Origin: Amoebophrya sp. A120 | Taxonomy: Eukaryota; Protista; Dinoflagellata | DNA: 64,000 nt | Assembly: GCA_905178155.1 (NCBI GenBank) | Contig: CAJINV010000002.1 | Span: 2,574,226-2,638,225 of the forward strand | Reading direction: 5' to 3' | Shown: one piece after another, positions 25,440-39,500 of the stretch | Layout: each line of letters starts with the position of its first letter | Numbering within the stretch: the stretch's first letter is position 1 | Made by a program: the position numbers and the translations under genes | Notes under the pieces: generated by a model | Told to the model about the DNA's origin: nothing | The model's input: the letters and a program-made list of their open reading frames with translations, nothing else | The model's database searches: none

Positions 25440-28400
25440 ATGGCGCGGCAGTTTTTCCAAACGCAGTTTCTGTCCTCGTTTTTCTTCCTGCTACGACGGT
25501 TTTCCCCTAGAACAAACAACAGCCGAGCAGCAAAACTCCTGCAGATAACAGCGGTGCTATTCGTGTCCTCGGTTTTCGCCCGGTTTGAAGAGCAAAGCGG
25601 GGCTCATAGCGATGCTGTCGACGGGAATGAGCAGGTCCTTGTAGACGAAGGAGTTGAGGACCTCGGCGAGGACTTCTACGAGGGTGTAGACGACGTCGAT
25701 ACTGGTGTCGTCCTAACTCAGCGACACTACGAAGTAGAAGAAGATGAAGAGGACTACTCCAGCGGTGCATCCTACACGCCGGACGAGGATTCCAACTACC
25801 CCCGAGAAGTAGAAGATGATCACAGTGAAGATCCCTTCGAAGATCATGATGCACTTGTTCCACCAGAAGCCTTCGTCCAGCAACTAAGCATTGCAAATAT
25901 GTCTGGCTCTGGAACTCTGCCACTTGTCATGCCAACACTGAATCATGCAAAAATCTGTGTTGCATGATTACCAAATGCTGTTTAACACTTTTGACCTAAA
26001 AACCGAGAGGCGGTTTCTCATGCAGGACAGGCATGATAGAACTCTCGTCAAAGAGTCTGTCATGCTATGTCCTACTTGTGAGATTTTATGGGTCATGGAA
26101 GACCTGCATGACAAGTCTGGCACTCGTCCAGACCCAGACATATTTGCAGTTGATAGCAACGCGCGTTTTACGCCAACGACGATCCGAACGAACTCGTATC
26201 AAGTGTAAAAATGTCTGGGTCTGGAAGAATGGAAGGCTTGTCATGCTTGTCTGGCATGACCCATGATGCTTGTAATGCATGACCCAGCATCACAGATTTT
26301 TGGAAAGCTTCCTGATGCCCTATCCGCATGACAAATGCCCTCCTCGCGTAGCACAAATGTGGCTCCTCTTGCTGGTCATGCAATTCAGATTTTTTTAGCG
26401 CCAAAGTTAGCATCACAAGTTCCAACTTTCCAGACCCAGACATTTTTACATTTGATAATTCGAGAATAGGCACAACTTCAAACGGAAGATCGGACCAATA
26501 GCAGACAAGGGAAAAAAGAAAGAACAAGCGGGTGCTGGCACAAAGGACAACAGTTCTTCAAATAATAACGCGAAAGAACTACCCTCGAAAACAACGAGCA
26601 CCGCCGAGCAAGAGATCGAGGAAATTTATTTGAACGAAATCATCCACAACGACATAGCGCCACCGCTGGAATACCCCTGTTGTTGCCCAGCGGATTTGAC
26701 AGTCAACCTGTGCGTCTCGCTTGTGGAAGGTGGGTGCTTGGAAGATGAGGAGAAAAATCATAGCGAAACGACGAATAAAGCGAAACCAACATCTTCAAAA
26801 GAGCTGCAGGGAAACAAGCACCATGATCACCTCGAGCCTTCTGTCTGCGAGTACCACAAATCCGACGGGAAATACATCCGGGGGAACACGAGGGCACTGT
26901 CCTTCAAAACACCGGAGGGGAGAAAGAGACTGCAGCGGCTGAAGCAGCTAAATACGGTGGGAAAGGACGGGAAAAAGATTTCCGAGATAGAAGATGAACA
27001 GCAAGACCCAGATAGTACAGATAAAACAGGAGGTGCTGGAGCATCCTCTTCTTCTTCCCCTTCTCCCAACGGAAAAGCAACAAAAACCGACGCAGGTGGT
27101 TCTTCGCGACCCGCAGCAGCAACAGAAGGTAAAACCGACGGTGGTCCTCCAACGGTCCCATTAGACAGTAAAATCTTCATGAACAGCGCGAATCCGTTCT
27201 CAAAAAGCGAGGAGGAGGTGCCGTTGAATGCGGAGATGTACCCGTGTTGCTGTAGAATTGTCGGACAGGAGGTCATAGAAAACACAGGATCAGCATCTTC
27301 TTCTTCACAAACTGTTTTACCAAAACAACATGACAAAATACAATACGAGTGTGGCGTTTTATCGGAAATCTGCCTCAAAGACTTGAGAGAGAAATTCGCA
27401 GCGGCCGCGCACTTGCCGGAACAACTACCAGACTCTTTCGTCAAAGAAACCGCAAACCTCATGACCACCGGGGATCGGGACGGAAATTTGGAGAAACCGA
27501 ACGAAGTTTTCAAAACCACTTTGTGCCACCGGTATAGGAAGTACGACGTAGATGCGGCGAGGGAAGAGGAACTAGCTGAACAAGCCAGAACAACTGCGGC
27601 CGCGGAGAAGATGAACAAGGAAATATTAGACAAGGATAATGATCCTGCAGCGGAAAGCGAAAGTACAACTTCGTCAAACTGGCAGTGGCATTACGTGAAA
27701 TCAAAAATCCGGGAATTGAACGACGAGGAGAAAGTGCAGCTGGTGACATTGCCGGTCGGGTATACCTATCAAGTGTAAAAATGTCTGGGTCTGGAAGAGT
27801 CATGCTGTTTCCGCATGACACAGAAGGTCTGGCATGGAAGCTCTAGCATCACAGGTTTCGCGAAGCTTCCGCAATGCCGAATCCGCATGACAAATCTTGA
27901 CTTTGGTGACAGAAAGCGGGAACTTTTGCTGCCTCTGCATGAAGTATTTTTTTGTGTTCTGAAATGCGCATCACAAGTTTGTACTCTTCCAGACCCAGAC
28001 ACTTTTACATTCGATAATACCGCTGGGACGGAGGACATCAAGCCGACGATTGTGGAGGGGTATAGAAATTTGCCATGCAGAAATAGCATACGTTTATGTC
28101 TTTGTCATGCAAAATTTCGATGAAAAAAAAATTTATTCAACAGCGCGCCCAACCTGGACTGGTCTGCGATCGATAAGCGAGAAGCGGACAAGGTATCCTG
28201 TGCAAAAGTATCGTACTCGTAGTAATCGCATTCATGCATTACAAATCTCACTCTCAACGTAAATCCGCATTACAAATTTTATTTTTCATGCTGAGGAAAT
28301 CGAAATTTGTAATGCATTTATACTAGTACGATGCTTTTGCAATGCATACAAGGACCCAACGGATGACGAGTATTACGACTCCCCGGTGATTATCGGCGAC

Positions 28401-29789
28401 GGCAAGGACGATTTTTCCCTCTCCGAAGTGATTAATGGGAAGGAGGACCGGACGACGTTTCTGTGCACGGAAATAGTCGGGGAGTTCGGGGAGTACGGCT
28501 GCGAAGACAACCGCTCGATCGTGAAATCCGATACGGCGGTGTGCGAAGTTTCCTCTTCCAACGGGTTTATGAGCGACAAACAAGAATTTTTCCAGCCCGA
28601 AGATTTTGCCGCGGTCAGCGAAGAGTTGTCGAAAAAAGTGAACGCCACCCGGGAAAAAGACGTGAAACGGTCGCAGTCGGAGTGCGAAGCGCAGTGCTGC
28701 ATGCATGTCGATGAGAAGCGGGAGCGGGACCTGTTGATGAAGATCGAGTTCGCCGTATCCTGTGTAAAAACGTCCCCACCCCAGAGTCAAGAACAAGATG
28801 GAAATCCTGCAACACAAATCCACACGTTTTGGGAATCACGCATGACAAGTTGCAGTGTGTAGGGTACTAGTGCAGGTCAGTAAGGACAGCCGCATTACAA
28901 ATCCGTCTCATCATCCTGCTCACAGCATCACAAATTCCAAAACACAACTGAAAATGCTTGTCGTGAGGATGCGCATCACAAATGTTCGTGCCATTGCAAC
29001 TCTGCATGACAACTCTGGGGCGGGGACGTTTTTCCACAGGATATGCCGGTTCACTGCTGGCGCTGAACGACACGGAGCAATTTGAGTTGAAGACGTTGGA
29101 GGGAAAACGGATGAAGTTGAATCTCCTGGCCGAGGAGATTGAGCAGGAAAGGCAGGGTAAAAACGACAACGGCACCGCTGGGTATGCATTATCCTGTGCA
29201 AAAGTATCGTACTATGTAGTAATTGCGTTTATGCATCACAAATCTCTTTCTGAAGCTGAATCCGCATGACGAATTCCTTTTGTCGTGCTGAGCTAACAAT
29301 TTGTATTGGAATAGATTACTACGAGTACGATACTTTTGCAATGCATATGCCTCGGACGAGGCAGACATAGACACGATGCTGGCGAACGAAATCAAACAGG
29401 AAAGCAGTTTGGAGTTATTAGATAACTTTGTCGGGAATTTGAAAAGAGGAAACTTGCGGGGCGCGGGTAGAAGTACTTCTAGCAGGCCGCCGGAGATGAA
29501 AGTAGAAGTAGAACAGCAACAGTATGAAAAATCAACAATACCAACGACGACGGACACAATTCCCCTAACAACGAGACCCGGAAACGATATCATAGAAGCC
29601 GCGAGCACGGAAATAGCCGCAGCAGCGGCGCTCAGTGCTGCAGCAACAACGACGAAAAGGCCGAGATTGAGGGGAACGGCAAAGCAAGCGGCGAAAGTGG
29701 CGGCGGCGGAGAAAAAACAGGAAGACAGGAAAAGTGATAAAATGACAATAGCAGACGAAGCAATGCACCTGTTGCAGGAGATTACCTAG
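25440..29789 (+). CDS. Gene 5: putative secreted Cys-containing protein with acidic N-terminal region
   Basis: Hydrophobic leader, two YPCCC motifs; in frame after removing 6 introners and GT-AG intron 28060-28143; TAG at 29789. Confidence 0.75.
25885..26155. mobile_element. Introner family A
   Basis: TIR (left end TAA); DR GCAAC. Confidence 0.9.
26197..26457. mobile_element. Introner family A
   Basis: TIR; DR ACTCG/ATTCG. Confidence 0.9.
27767..28016. mobile_element. Introner family A
   Basis: TIR; DR ATACC. Confidence 0.9.
28060..28143 (+). other. GT-AG intron with introner motif
   Basis: GTATAG..CAACAG; internal inverted repeat with TGTCATGC; in frame. Confidence 0.65.
28194..28348. 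mobile_element. Introner family D
   Basis: TIR; DR CAAGG (GT-AG compatible). Confidence 0.9.
28756..29043. mobile_element. Introner family C
   Basis: TIR; DR CGCCG/TGCCG. Confidence 0.9.
29190..29347. mobile_element. Introner family D
   Basis: TIR; DR TGCAT/TGCCT. Confidence 0.9.
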
Positions 29790-29853
29790 TAATAAATACT
29801 TCTTAGAAGTATTTATTATTAGGTAAGAGATACTTCCTAGAATCTAGGAGGTA
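29782..29853. repeat. Tandem palindromes over the gene 5 stop codon
   Basis: TTACCTAGTAATAAATACTTCT-T-AGAAGTATTTATTATTAGGTAA then TACTTCCTAGA-A-TCTAGGAGGTA. Confidence 0.8.
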
Positions 29854-30591
29854 CTAAGGTTTACGCAAAATAACTGCGCTGTAGGATGAAACGAAGTTGT
29901 AGTAATGCTTTTAGTTGTTTCACACGGGAAAACAACATTTCAATCGCGCCTCCAGCCCAACTGAGCTTGGTATCAGGGCAGCTTGGTTGTACATGTTTTT
30001 TCAAGATAGTTGTTCTTTTTGCAAAATTTTTCCAGTAGGTGGTCGACGATGTAGGTGGTCGACTATCCGAGAACTAAGCGCAGTGGTACTGCTTCCTCGT
30101 GGGGATTATTTGTTTGACATGCAATTGTAATCGTCTCTCTTCGTCATGACAGTAGACGAAGCTGCGTTGAATCAAGAAACAAATTACAAACGACCTCGTA
30201 TGATCATCACTCGCCACCTCCTCGTGCTCGTCGCATTGAAAATATGCCAGACCGCTTGAGATGAGAGATCGGACAGAGAGGATCGGATGAGAGCAGCAGC
30301 CTGTTTTGGTGAGAGTACTTAAAAGTTTATCACGAGTGATTTCTTTGGGAGCGATTTCCATCGGTCGAGGTCAACGATATCATCGGATCGATGGTTTTAC
30401 GTATTTCATCGGCATGTATAACAAGACCAAATAAACCATAAACCAACATAGAAGAAACAAACCCTCGACGAGGTGAACGAGGAGATAGGAAAATTCATGT
30501 GCGTAAACGGAACCGACCTGGCTCGTCCACGTCTTCCAGCTTAATCCCAACTACATCTTCGAAACACGACTGCACATCAGCGTCCGGCGGA

Positions 30592-33500
30592 ATGAGAGGA
30601 CGGTCGTCCACCGGGAGTCATTGTACGGCAATGTCTACTTCAAGCAGAGGTCATCATCCTCTTCTGCTGCAAAAGGCCGCGACACGTTTGGGTTTGCTCC
30701 TCCTAGCGCAGAGCGACGATGCGCTGTTTAACCTCCGCGCCATGCAGGTGGACGTGCATGAGGGAGGGGCGAATAGTGCTGACCCAGATCTTGTTCACCT
30801 AGACGCCGAGATCACGACTACCTCCAAGAAATCAACCGCCAGCGTCCTCGAGATCGCGGGAACAAAGCGAGAAGGTGCTGCACCATCAAAAGGAGAGGGA
30901 AAGGGGACGGATGACGAAGATGAGAGCGACGACGCAGAGTATAATAAATTTGGCTTTTCATCCTTTGTACTATGGGTAGGGTATTATACGTGGGTCATCT
31001 TGTGCGAAAAAGTTTCACAGTGTATGGAAGGGAAAAATGAAAAAAATGATAGATCCCCCTTGCAGGTCCTACACCGAAGCTTTTAGAATGTTGAACTTGT
31101 TGTACAACTACTGGCTATGATTTTTGAACATCACAGGGACGATGAAGCCGACCACACCGTCCGGATCCACGGTCCGCCCGGCAAAGCGCCTGCTCCGGTG
31201 ACGACTGCGCAAATGACCGCTGCCATCGCCGCGGGGGGCGACGATCCAGGGGCGGTGCGGAGCAAAGTGCTGGCTTTGTTCGGCGTCTCCGCGGCGGAAG
31301 AGGAGGAGGCGGAGGCGGAGGACTGGTCAAAAATCTGGGTCGCCGTGTCCTCGGGCCTGACGGCCGCCGGCGTGGAGGTCGCGGACGAGGTGCAAGAAAT
31401 GGATAAAGACCTGCAGCCCGCCTACGTTATCGCGAGAAAAAAGCGTTACAGTTGCACATCGTGTTGCAGCCCAAGCAAGACAGACGTGATCTGTCATGCC
31501 AGATATGCATAGACATCCTTTTTTCATGCGTGTTTTATTTCCTTATGATCTCTGCATTGCAAGTTTCCTCTGTCAGGCAGAACAAATTTGTGTAGCTGAT
31601 TGCCCAACTGTAACACTTTTTGCTTTGGATATACGTGGACTTGCAGGTACTGATGCAGCCCGCCATATGGAAGCGTCAGGTTTGAAATCGTCAAAGTTGA
31701 AATAATTTGTAATGCATAAAATGCATGACCCGAGGCACGTGCGTTGCAGAGCAGGCAAGTGGGGCCGATTGTAAGCCTGTTTGGGGTTACAGCTCGAGCT
31801 GCTAAAGTAGCATGAGAAAATCGCTCTTCTTTGCCTAAAGAGCATGACAAACTGGATTTAGGGACCACCTAGATTTGTCATGCTCCACTTGGAAACTGGG
31901 TTCCAACTCGCATCCATTTTATGCATGACAAATTATTTCAACTTTGTCGATTTCAACTCTGACACATCCATACGCCAGCGACGAAAACGTGCAGAAGGTG
32001 AAAACAGCGGTCGCGGCACTATATCCATTGCAAAAGTATCGTACTCGTTGTATAAATGCATTACAAATTTCCTCAGCATGAGAAATGAAATTTGTAATGC
32101 GGATTTAGCTTCAGAAAAAAATTTGTAATGCATGACTGCAATTAATACTACGAGTGCCATAGTACTTTTGCACATGATACTTTGCAAGCTATGGTGGACG
32201 AGATGGCCGAGTACATGGCTATGGATACCGACGTATGAGAGTACAGAACTCCCTTCCTCCGGATTTGTCATGCAAAATACCAAATCCACCCTTTAATACC
32301 TCTTCGCACTTTTCGCATGACAAGTTCTGGAACAAGCTCAAACAGCACTACAATCTTCCTGGGTCGTGATTTTGTCATGCAAAACCTGCATGCTTGCCGA
32401 CGCTTGTAGTGCTGTTTTTGCCATACAAATGAGGTGGAGGGGTAGTTGTGCGCTCGCATATGACGGAGACGGTCAGATCAACACGAATGAGGTGCACGAA
32501 AAGTGTGAAATCGGCCTGGCCGACAAACTATGCATTGCAAATATGTTGGGATCTGGATTTGTGATGCGAGAATTGAAGGACAAGAAGATCTGTGATGCAG
32601 CACGCATAGGAGTGACCACTTTTTCTGTCATGCTGGGAGAGAGTTTGTCATGCCAAACACGGTAGAAAAAGAAATCGCGCTAACAGCCGGAGGATTTGTG
32701 ATGCGTTCACGCCGTACAAAGCATTGCTCTGTCATGCAAGACTCAGCATGGGAGGTCCTCGCGTGCTTTAATCCAGAACCAGACGCATTTCTATTTGATA
32801 CAAACAAGGCGACAGCGACGACAAGCTCACGCCCTGGGAACTGCACACAGTGTGCAAAACCATCTGCGTGGTGGGTTCGCCGGAGCTGGAGCATCTCGAG
32901 GAAGCCGTGGTGCACGGCATCTGCCACTGCTGCACGGAGAAGGTGCGGACGGTGTTTTTCGCGGGCTACAAGCCGCCTGCAGAGATCACGCCCGATGATT
33001 TTTTTGACTCCATGGACGTGGACGGAAATGGTCACATCGAAAAGCACGAGGTGGTATCAGATGCAAACATCTATGTCTGGCTCTGGAAGGACGTACCTTG
33101 TAATGCTGTCGTTCGATTCTAAAAAAATCTGCATTGCACTAGCAGCAAGGGGAATCTACTACTTTGTTTTTGCTACGCGAAAAGGCATTTGAAAAGGCAT
33201 TTCTCATGCGGGAGAAGCATCACGAGGCCCTCACGAAACAAATCTGTGATGCTAGTGCATACATGACAATCGTCGCGGGTCATGCAGTATGTGTATAGCA
33301 AACCCTGCCTCTTTCCAGATTCAGACCCAGATCGAGATATTTGCACTGCATAGCTGGACGAGGAGTGCGATCTCGAAAAGACGGACGCGGAGCACGGCGA
33401 TGGCGACGGAAAGCTGACGCCGGCGGAGCTGATATGCGTTGCAAAAGTATCGTACTAGTACAAGTCGCATGACAAATTTTTTTAAGAAGAAAATTGGAAT

Positions 33501-36500
33501 TGGAACTTGTAATGCAGATTCATGTAGGAAACCAGATTTGTCATGCCTACCTGCAATTGATACGAGTGCGATACTCTTTTGCAGTGGATAGCTGAAGGAA
33601 ATCTGCAACAAAGTGTGCGTCCCCGGTTCGGCGGACTCGCGGAACCTGATGGAAGCAAACGTGGTATGAACTGCAAATATGTCTGGGTCTGGGAGACTGC
33701 GAGATTTGTCATGCTAGTCTGGCATGACGCTGAACTCTGTATTGCGTACCTACGAAGAGGTCCTCTTGTCTGTCACGCAAAAACGCGGTGTCTCATGCGG
33801 AGTATGCAACTCTGAACCACGGAAAAACTACTTCTCATGCTGGGGAGCGCATTACAGTGTGCTGACTATTACCTTACTCGCATCACAAGTTTATTCCAGA
33901 CATCCAGGAATATTTGCAATGCATATGTGGTGGCGATTTGCCACTGCTGTCCGGCGAAAATGCAGGAGGTGTTCTTTTATCAAATGTAAAAATGTCTGGG
34001 TCTGGAAGGATGCGAACTTGTGATGCGTGTTGTGGAGCATACAAAAATCTGTGTTGCATGACTCACAAAAGGTTCCCACTTCTGGCCATGTTGAGAGGGC
34101 ATTTCTCATGCAGAATAGGCATCACCAAGGGGCTGCAGAACCTGTGATGCTAGGGCCTGCATTCCAGACTTGGCAAGGCTTGGAAAAACTGCATGACAAA
34201 TCTCGGAATCTTCCAGACCCAGACATTTTTACATTTGATATCTTTGCCTCCTACATTCCCACCGAGAGCAAGCGGTCGAAACCAGGAGAGGAAGTGCCGG
34301 ACGAAATTGACCTTCCGGACGTGGACCTCGACGCGATCGTCGAGAAGCACGAGGTGAGCGAGGAGTGTGACCTCGAGATGGCCGACACCGACCACGGCAA
34401 TGGTGACGGCTCGCTGACAAAGGGCGAACTGAAGGAAATGTGCGACAAGGTTTGCGTCCCCGACTCGAAAGACAGCAAGCTCCTCGTGGAAGCGAGCGTG
34501 GTCGCGGTCTGCCACTGCTGCCCGGCGGAGCAGCAGAAGGTCTTTTTTGCCTCGTACGTACCCACCGAGAGCAAGCGGTCCAAACCGGGCGATGTATGGA
34601 TTGCAAAAATTTCTGGGTCTGGAAGATTGCAACTTGTCATGCAGGTTTTCCATGACCCGTGAGGTCTGGAATGCGGGACCTAGCATGACAGAGTCTGCGA
34701 TGTCTCTGCCATGCCTATCCTGCATGAGAAACTTCCTCCAAACTTGGTCGAAAGTGGACAGCTTTTGGCACTCATGCAACACAGATTTCTGCATGATTCA
34801 GATTTGGCATGACAAGTTGCAATATTCCAGACCCAGACATTTTTGCAACTCATACGATGAGGGGCCGGACGACATTGAGCTGCCGGACGTCGACTTTGAC
34901 AAAGTGGTGGAAAAACACGAAGTGCACGAGGAGTGTGATCTATCGCAAGAAAAAACTGTTTCACTGTGAACCTGTGATGCAGAAAATGGAACACAAAACT
35001 ATTTGTCTTGCTACACATGCAAGGCATTGGATTTCCCAGCGTGTTTTCCCTTTGGAAGTGCGCGTGACAAATTTTGTCATGCGTAACAAAGTTGTGATGC
35101 AGATCTTGCAAAATCATCACAGTGAAACAGTTTTTTCGTGGGATATGATCTCGACATGGCCGACGCGAATCACGGCAATGGCGACGGGTCTTTGACGAAG
35201 GCAGAACTCAAGGCAATGTGCGACAAGGTCTGCGTCCCCGGCTCGGAGGATTCGAAGAATCTCATGGAATCGAGCGTGGTTGCGGTGTGCCATATTACCA
35301 TGAAAAATGCCCCCGCCCCCGAACTTGGGAGCATTTGTATTGCAAACCTTTCCAAATGAAACATTCGCCCGCTTGCATCTATTAGCATCACAGGTTTATT
35401 CCAATTGTGATGAATAGCAAAAATTTGTATTGCAAAAGACCCCAGCAAAAGCGGCGCTTATCATGCAAGCGATGCGATACACGCCTAGACTGTGCATCAG
35501 AAAGATTCATACTTCTTTCATGCATGACAAAAAGTTTTCATTTGGAAGCTTCGCATCACAAATTTTTGCAATGTCAGGGGTGGGGGGCACTTTTCACTGC
35601 AATATGCCACTGCTGCCCGGCGGAGCAGCAGGAGATCTTTTTTGCGCAGTACGTGCTATCAAATGTAAAAATGTCTGGGTCTGGAAGATTTCCAGGTTTG
35701 TCATGCATATTTCCCATGGGCTATGATGCCTGTAATGCATGACCTAGCATGACAGATTGTTTGCGGGTATCTTGATGCCTATCCCGCATGACAAATGCCC
35801 TCTCCGCGGAGCAAAAACTGGACGCCTCTTGCTGCTCATGCAATACAGATTCTTTTAGATTCCAAAAATAGCATCACAAGTTGCATTCTTCGAGACCCAG
35901 ACATTTTTGCAATCCATACGTACCCGCCGCAGACAAGAAATCCAGACCAGGAGATGAGGAGCCGGACGACATTGAGCTGCCGGATGTCGACTTTGACGCG
36001 GTGGTCGAGAAGCACGAAGTGCACGAGAAGTGCGACCTCCAGAAAGCCGACGCTGAGCACGGGGATGGCGACGGCAAGCTGACCAAGAAAGAGCTAGACA
36101 CAATCTGCAACAATGTCTGCGTGCCTGGCTATCCTGAGCAAAAACGTGGTCCCCACCTCCCCAGAGTTGTTTTCATGCAGATTTGCAATTGATGCAGAAA
36201 CGGTTGCAATGCGCATCGCCATCGAAATTATTTGTAATGCTGTAACCGGGAAGAGAAGCGGATGGCTTTGTGATGCGGCTCTCGTCCTTGCTAATTTGGA
36301 CTGCAGTAGGTACAGAGAGCAACTTGTCATGCGTGATTCCCAAAACTTCTGGATTTGTGTTGCGAGATCCCCATAATTTTGACTCTGGGGTCCGGGTCGT
36401 GGGGACGTTTTCACACAGGATACCGGCTCGGAGCAGTCCATGTCCATGATGGAGTCGAGTGTCGTCGCGGTCTGCCACTGCTATGCCTTGCAAAAGTACT

Positions 36501-39500
36501 ATCGTGTACTCGTATAATTAATGCCAAACTTGCATGACAAGTTTGGTTTCTATAGGTAATTCAGCATGACAAAAAATTCCATTTGTCATGTTGAGCACAT
36601 TTGTCATGCGATAATTCATACGTAGTAAGCGATAGTACTTTTGCAGTTCATAACTGCTGCCCCGCGGAAATGCAGGAGAAGTTCTTTGCGCAGTACACAC
36701 CGGCGGCAGACAAGAAAACGCGAGGTGGACTCGATGAGGAGCCGGATTATCCTGAGTAAAAGCGTCCCCACACCTCCAGAGTCAAGATGGGGAATCTGCT
36801 AGACAAATCAGCCAGCTTTGATGGTTGTTTCGCATGACAGATGTGTCGTCGTATGGTGTTCCTGTTTAGGTAGTTCCGCAGCATCACAGACCTACCACAT
36901 CATGCTGATTATAGCATCACAAATTCAAAATCAAAAGCACGACTTTAGAGAATGCTTCTCATGGGGCTCCGCATGAGAAGTAAATTTTTTTGGCATGCAG
37001 ATTTGCGTGACAACTCTGGGGTGGGGACGTTTTTACACAGGATACGGACATGTTCGACCTCATGGACTTGGACGTGGACGGAATCGTCACAAAGGAAGAG
37101 GCTATCGCAAGAAAAAACTGCTTCCCTGTATTAAACTTGTGATGCATAGAACGGAACGCAACTGTGTTTGTCTTGCTACACATGCAAGACATTGGATTTT
37201 TAGCTGTGTTTTCCCTTAGGAAGCACGCATGCCAAGTTTTCTCTGTCATGTGTAACAAACTTGTGATGCAAATCTTGCAAAATCATCACAGTGAAGCAGT
37301 TTTTTCGTGGGATAGAAGTGAACGAAGAGTGCGACATTGAGATGGTCGATGAATCGGGCGATGGCGACGGAACGCTGACGACGAAGGAACTGCGGGGTAT
37401 CTGCAACAAGGTCTGCGTGCCAGATTCGCCGGACTCGAAGCTGCTCATGGAGGCCAGCGTGAAGAAGATCTGCAACTGCTGTCCCAAGTCCATGCAGGAC
37501 GTGTTTTTCGCTTCCTACGTACCCGCCGAAGACAAGAAGTCGAAACCGGGAGATGATGGGCCGGACGAAATCGAACTTCCGGATCCGGACGACCTCGACA
37601 GCAACAACGACGGCGAGATCACCCAAGACGAAGTGGGCGAGAAGTGCGACGTCCCGAAAGCTGAAAAAACCTTTGGGGACGGCGACGGCAAGCTGACGCT
37701 GTTCGAGTTGCACGAGGGGTGCGACAGCGTTTGTGTGCCGGATTCGGAGAATATGAAAGTGCACAACTCCCCCTCCCCCTTATTTGTCATGCAAAATTCC
37801 AAACCCACCCTTTGCCTGTTAGGGATACTGTTAGTACTGCTTGCATGACAGATTCCGGAATCCGAAACAGCACTGCAATCCCCTAGGAATTTGTGATGCA
37901 AAAGCTGCATGTTTGCCAGCGCTTGTGTTGCTGTTCATGCAACACAAAGGAGGGGGAGGGGGAGTTGTGCACTGTCATAGAGAAGTCGAAAACGCTGGAT
38001 GGAGCTACCGTGGTCTCGGTTTGCAGCTGCTGCTCGAAGCAATCTCAGGAGAAGTTTTTCAAGTGGTACGACACCCAGGTTGACACGCACTTCGCAGGCT
38101 TGGACAAACTCGTGTATCCTCTGCAAAAGTAATAAATCGCACTAGTAGGAGAAATCGCATGGCGACGGTGCAAAGGTTTTTGATGTGGTGCAGTCGGATA
38201 TGCATGACAAATTTCTGCTCAGCATGAAGAATGGAATCTGTAATGCGGATTGACAGTAAGAAAGAGATTTGTGTTGCATGACCGCAAACATTTAGTGAAA
38301 CAAGTGCGATAGATGTACTTTTGCAATGCATATCGTGAATGAGGCCTCGAAGGACGTCGTCGACAACGAGGAGAAACAGGTGATTTTGAATGAGACGGGC
38401 GGTGTGTATCGCAGGAAAAAACTGTTTCACTGTAAACTTGTGATGCATAGAATGCAACACAGACGGCGCATTTGTCTTGCTACATATGCAAGACATTGTC
38501 TTTTTCAGTGTGTTTTCCCTTAGGAAGTACGCATGGCAGGTTTTCCTTGTCATGTGTAACGAACTTGTAATGCAAAACTTACAAAGTCCTTTCAGCGAAA
38601 CAGTTTTTTCTCACGATAGCGTGGCCCAGCTGCCTACTATGTTGGGAGCGTCATATCCAGGAAAAAAAACTGTGTTTACACATAGTGTAACTGTCTTGGA
38701 GGGACTGCATGACCAAATGTAATTTGCTCCGCATGACAGAAAATCTTGTTAAAGCCTGTCATGCGTACTAGCTAGCACGTGAAAACTACGCATCTGAAAA
38801 GGGGCGACCTCATGGCTGTGCCCCGGCATGAGAGGTGTACTGACTATGTAGCTTTGATTTCTGCATTACAGACTTGTTACACGACATAGTTCTTTTCCTG
38901 CATAGCGTGGCGGAACTGCCCATTTCAACTTCCTCGACGACGACGCCCAAGCCAGCGCTGCGGGGCACCCGGGGCAACTACCAATTCCAGAAGGCGGAAG
39001 GATCCTCGAGCTACAGCTGGTCCAAGTTGCACGAGTCCAGTGGCTATCAAATGCAAAAATGTCTGGGTCTGGAAATTTGTGATGCCAAAATGCCCGTGAC
39101 GAAAGCGCCTCTCATGCAGGAGAGCATGACAAAGACAAGTTTGCAGAGCGCCTCCTCATACGCACTCCGCATGAGAAACGGCGTTGTTGTATGGCAATAG
39201 AGGCTGCGACTTTTGTTGGTCATGCAATGCAGATCTCACAAGAATGGAAGACCAGCATTACAAATTCCAACTCTCAAGACACATTTTTGCACTGGATAGT
39301 GGCAGGATGAACCCGAGCATGTGGCCTGACACACCCGGGAGCGCTGGGCCGTATTTTGTTTTTCATAATGATGTTTTGACGCATGAACACGACAAATGTA
39401 TGCACTCTTAGGATTTTCGCCTGACAAATCGATGAATATCAATATCTTCCAGGATCACGAAGAACAAGGTCGACGACGTGCTCAAGCAGCAGATCAAGGA

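Noticed and set aside
26827-27633. Long minus-strand ORFs (also 21799-22302, 34150-34794)
   Set aside because: Antisense shadows of + strand exons or repeats
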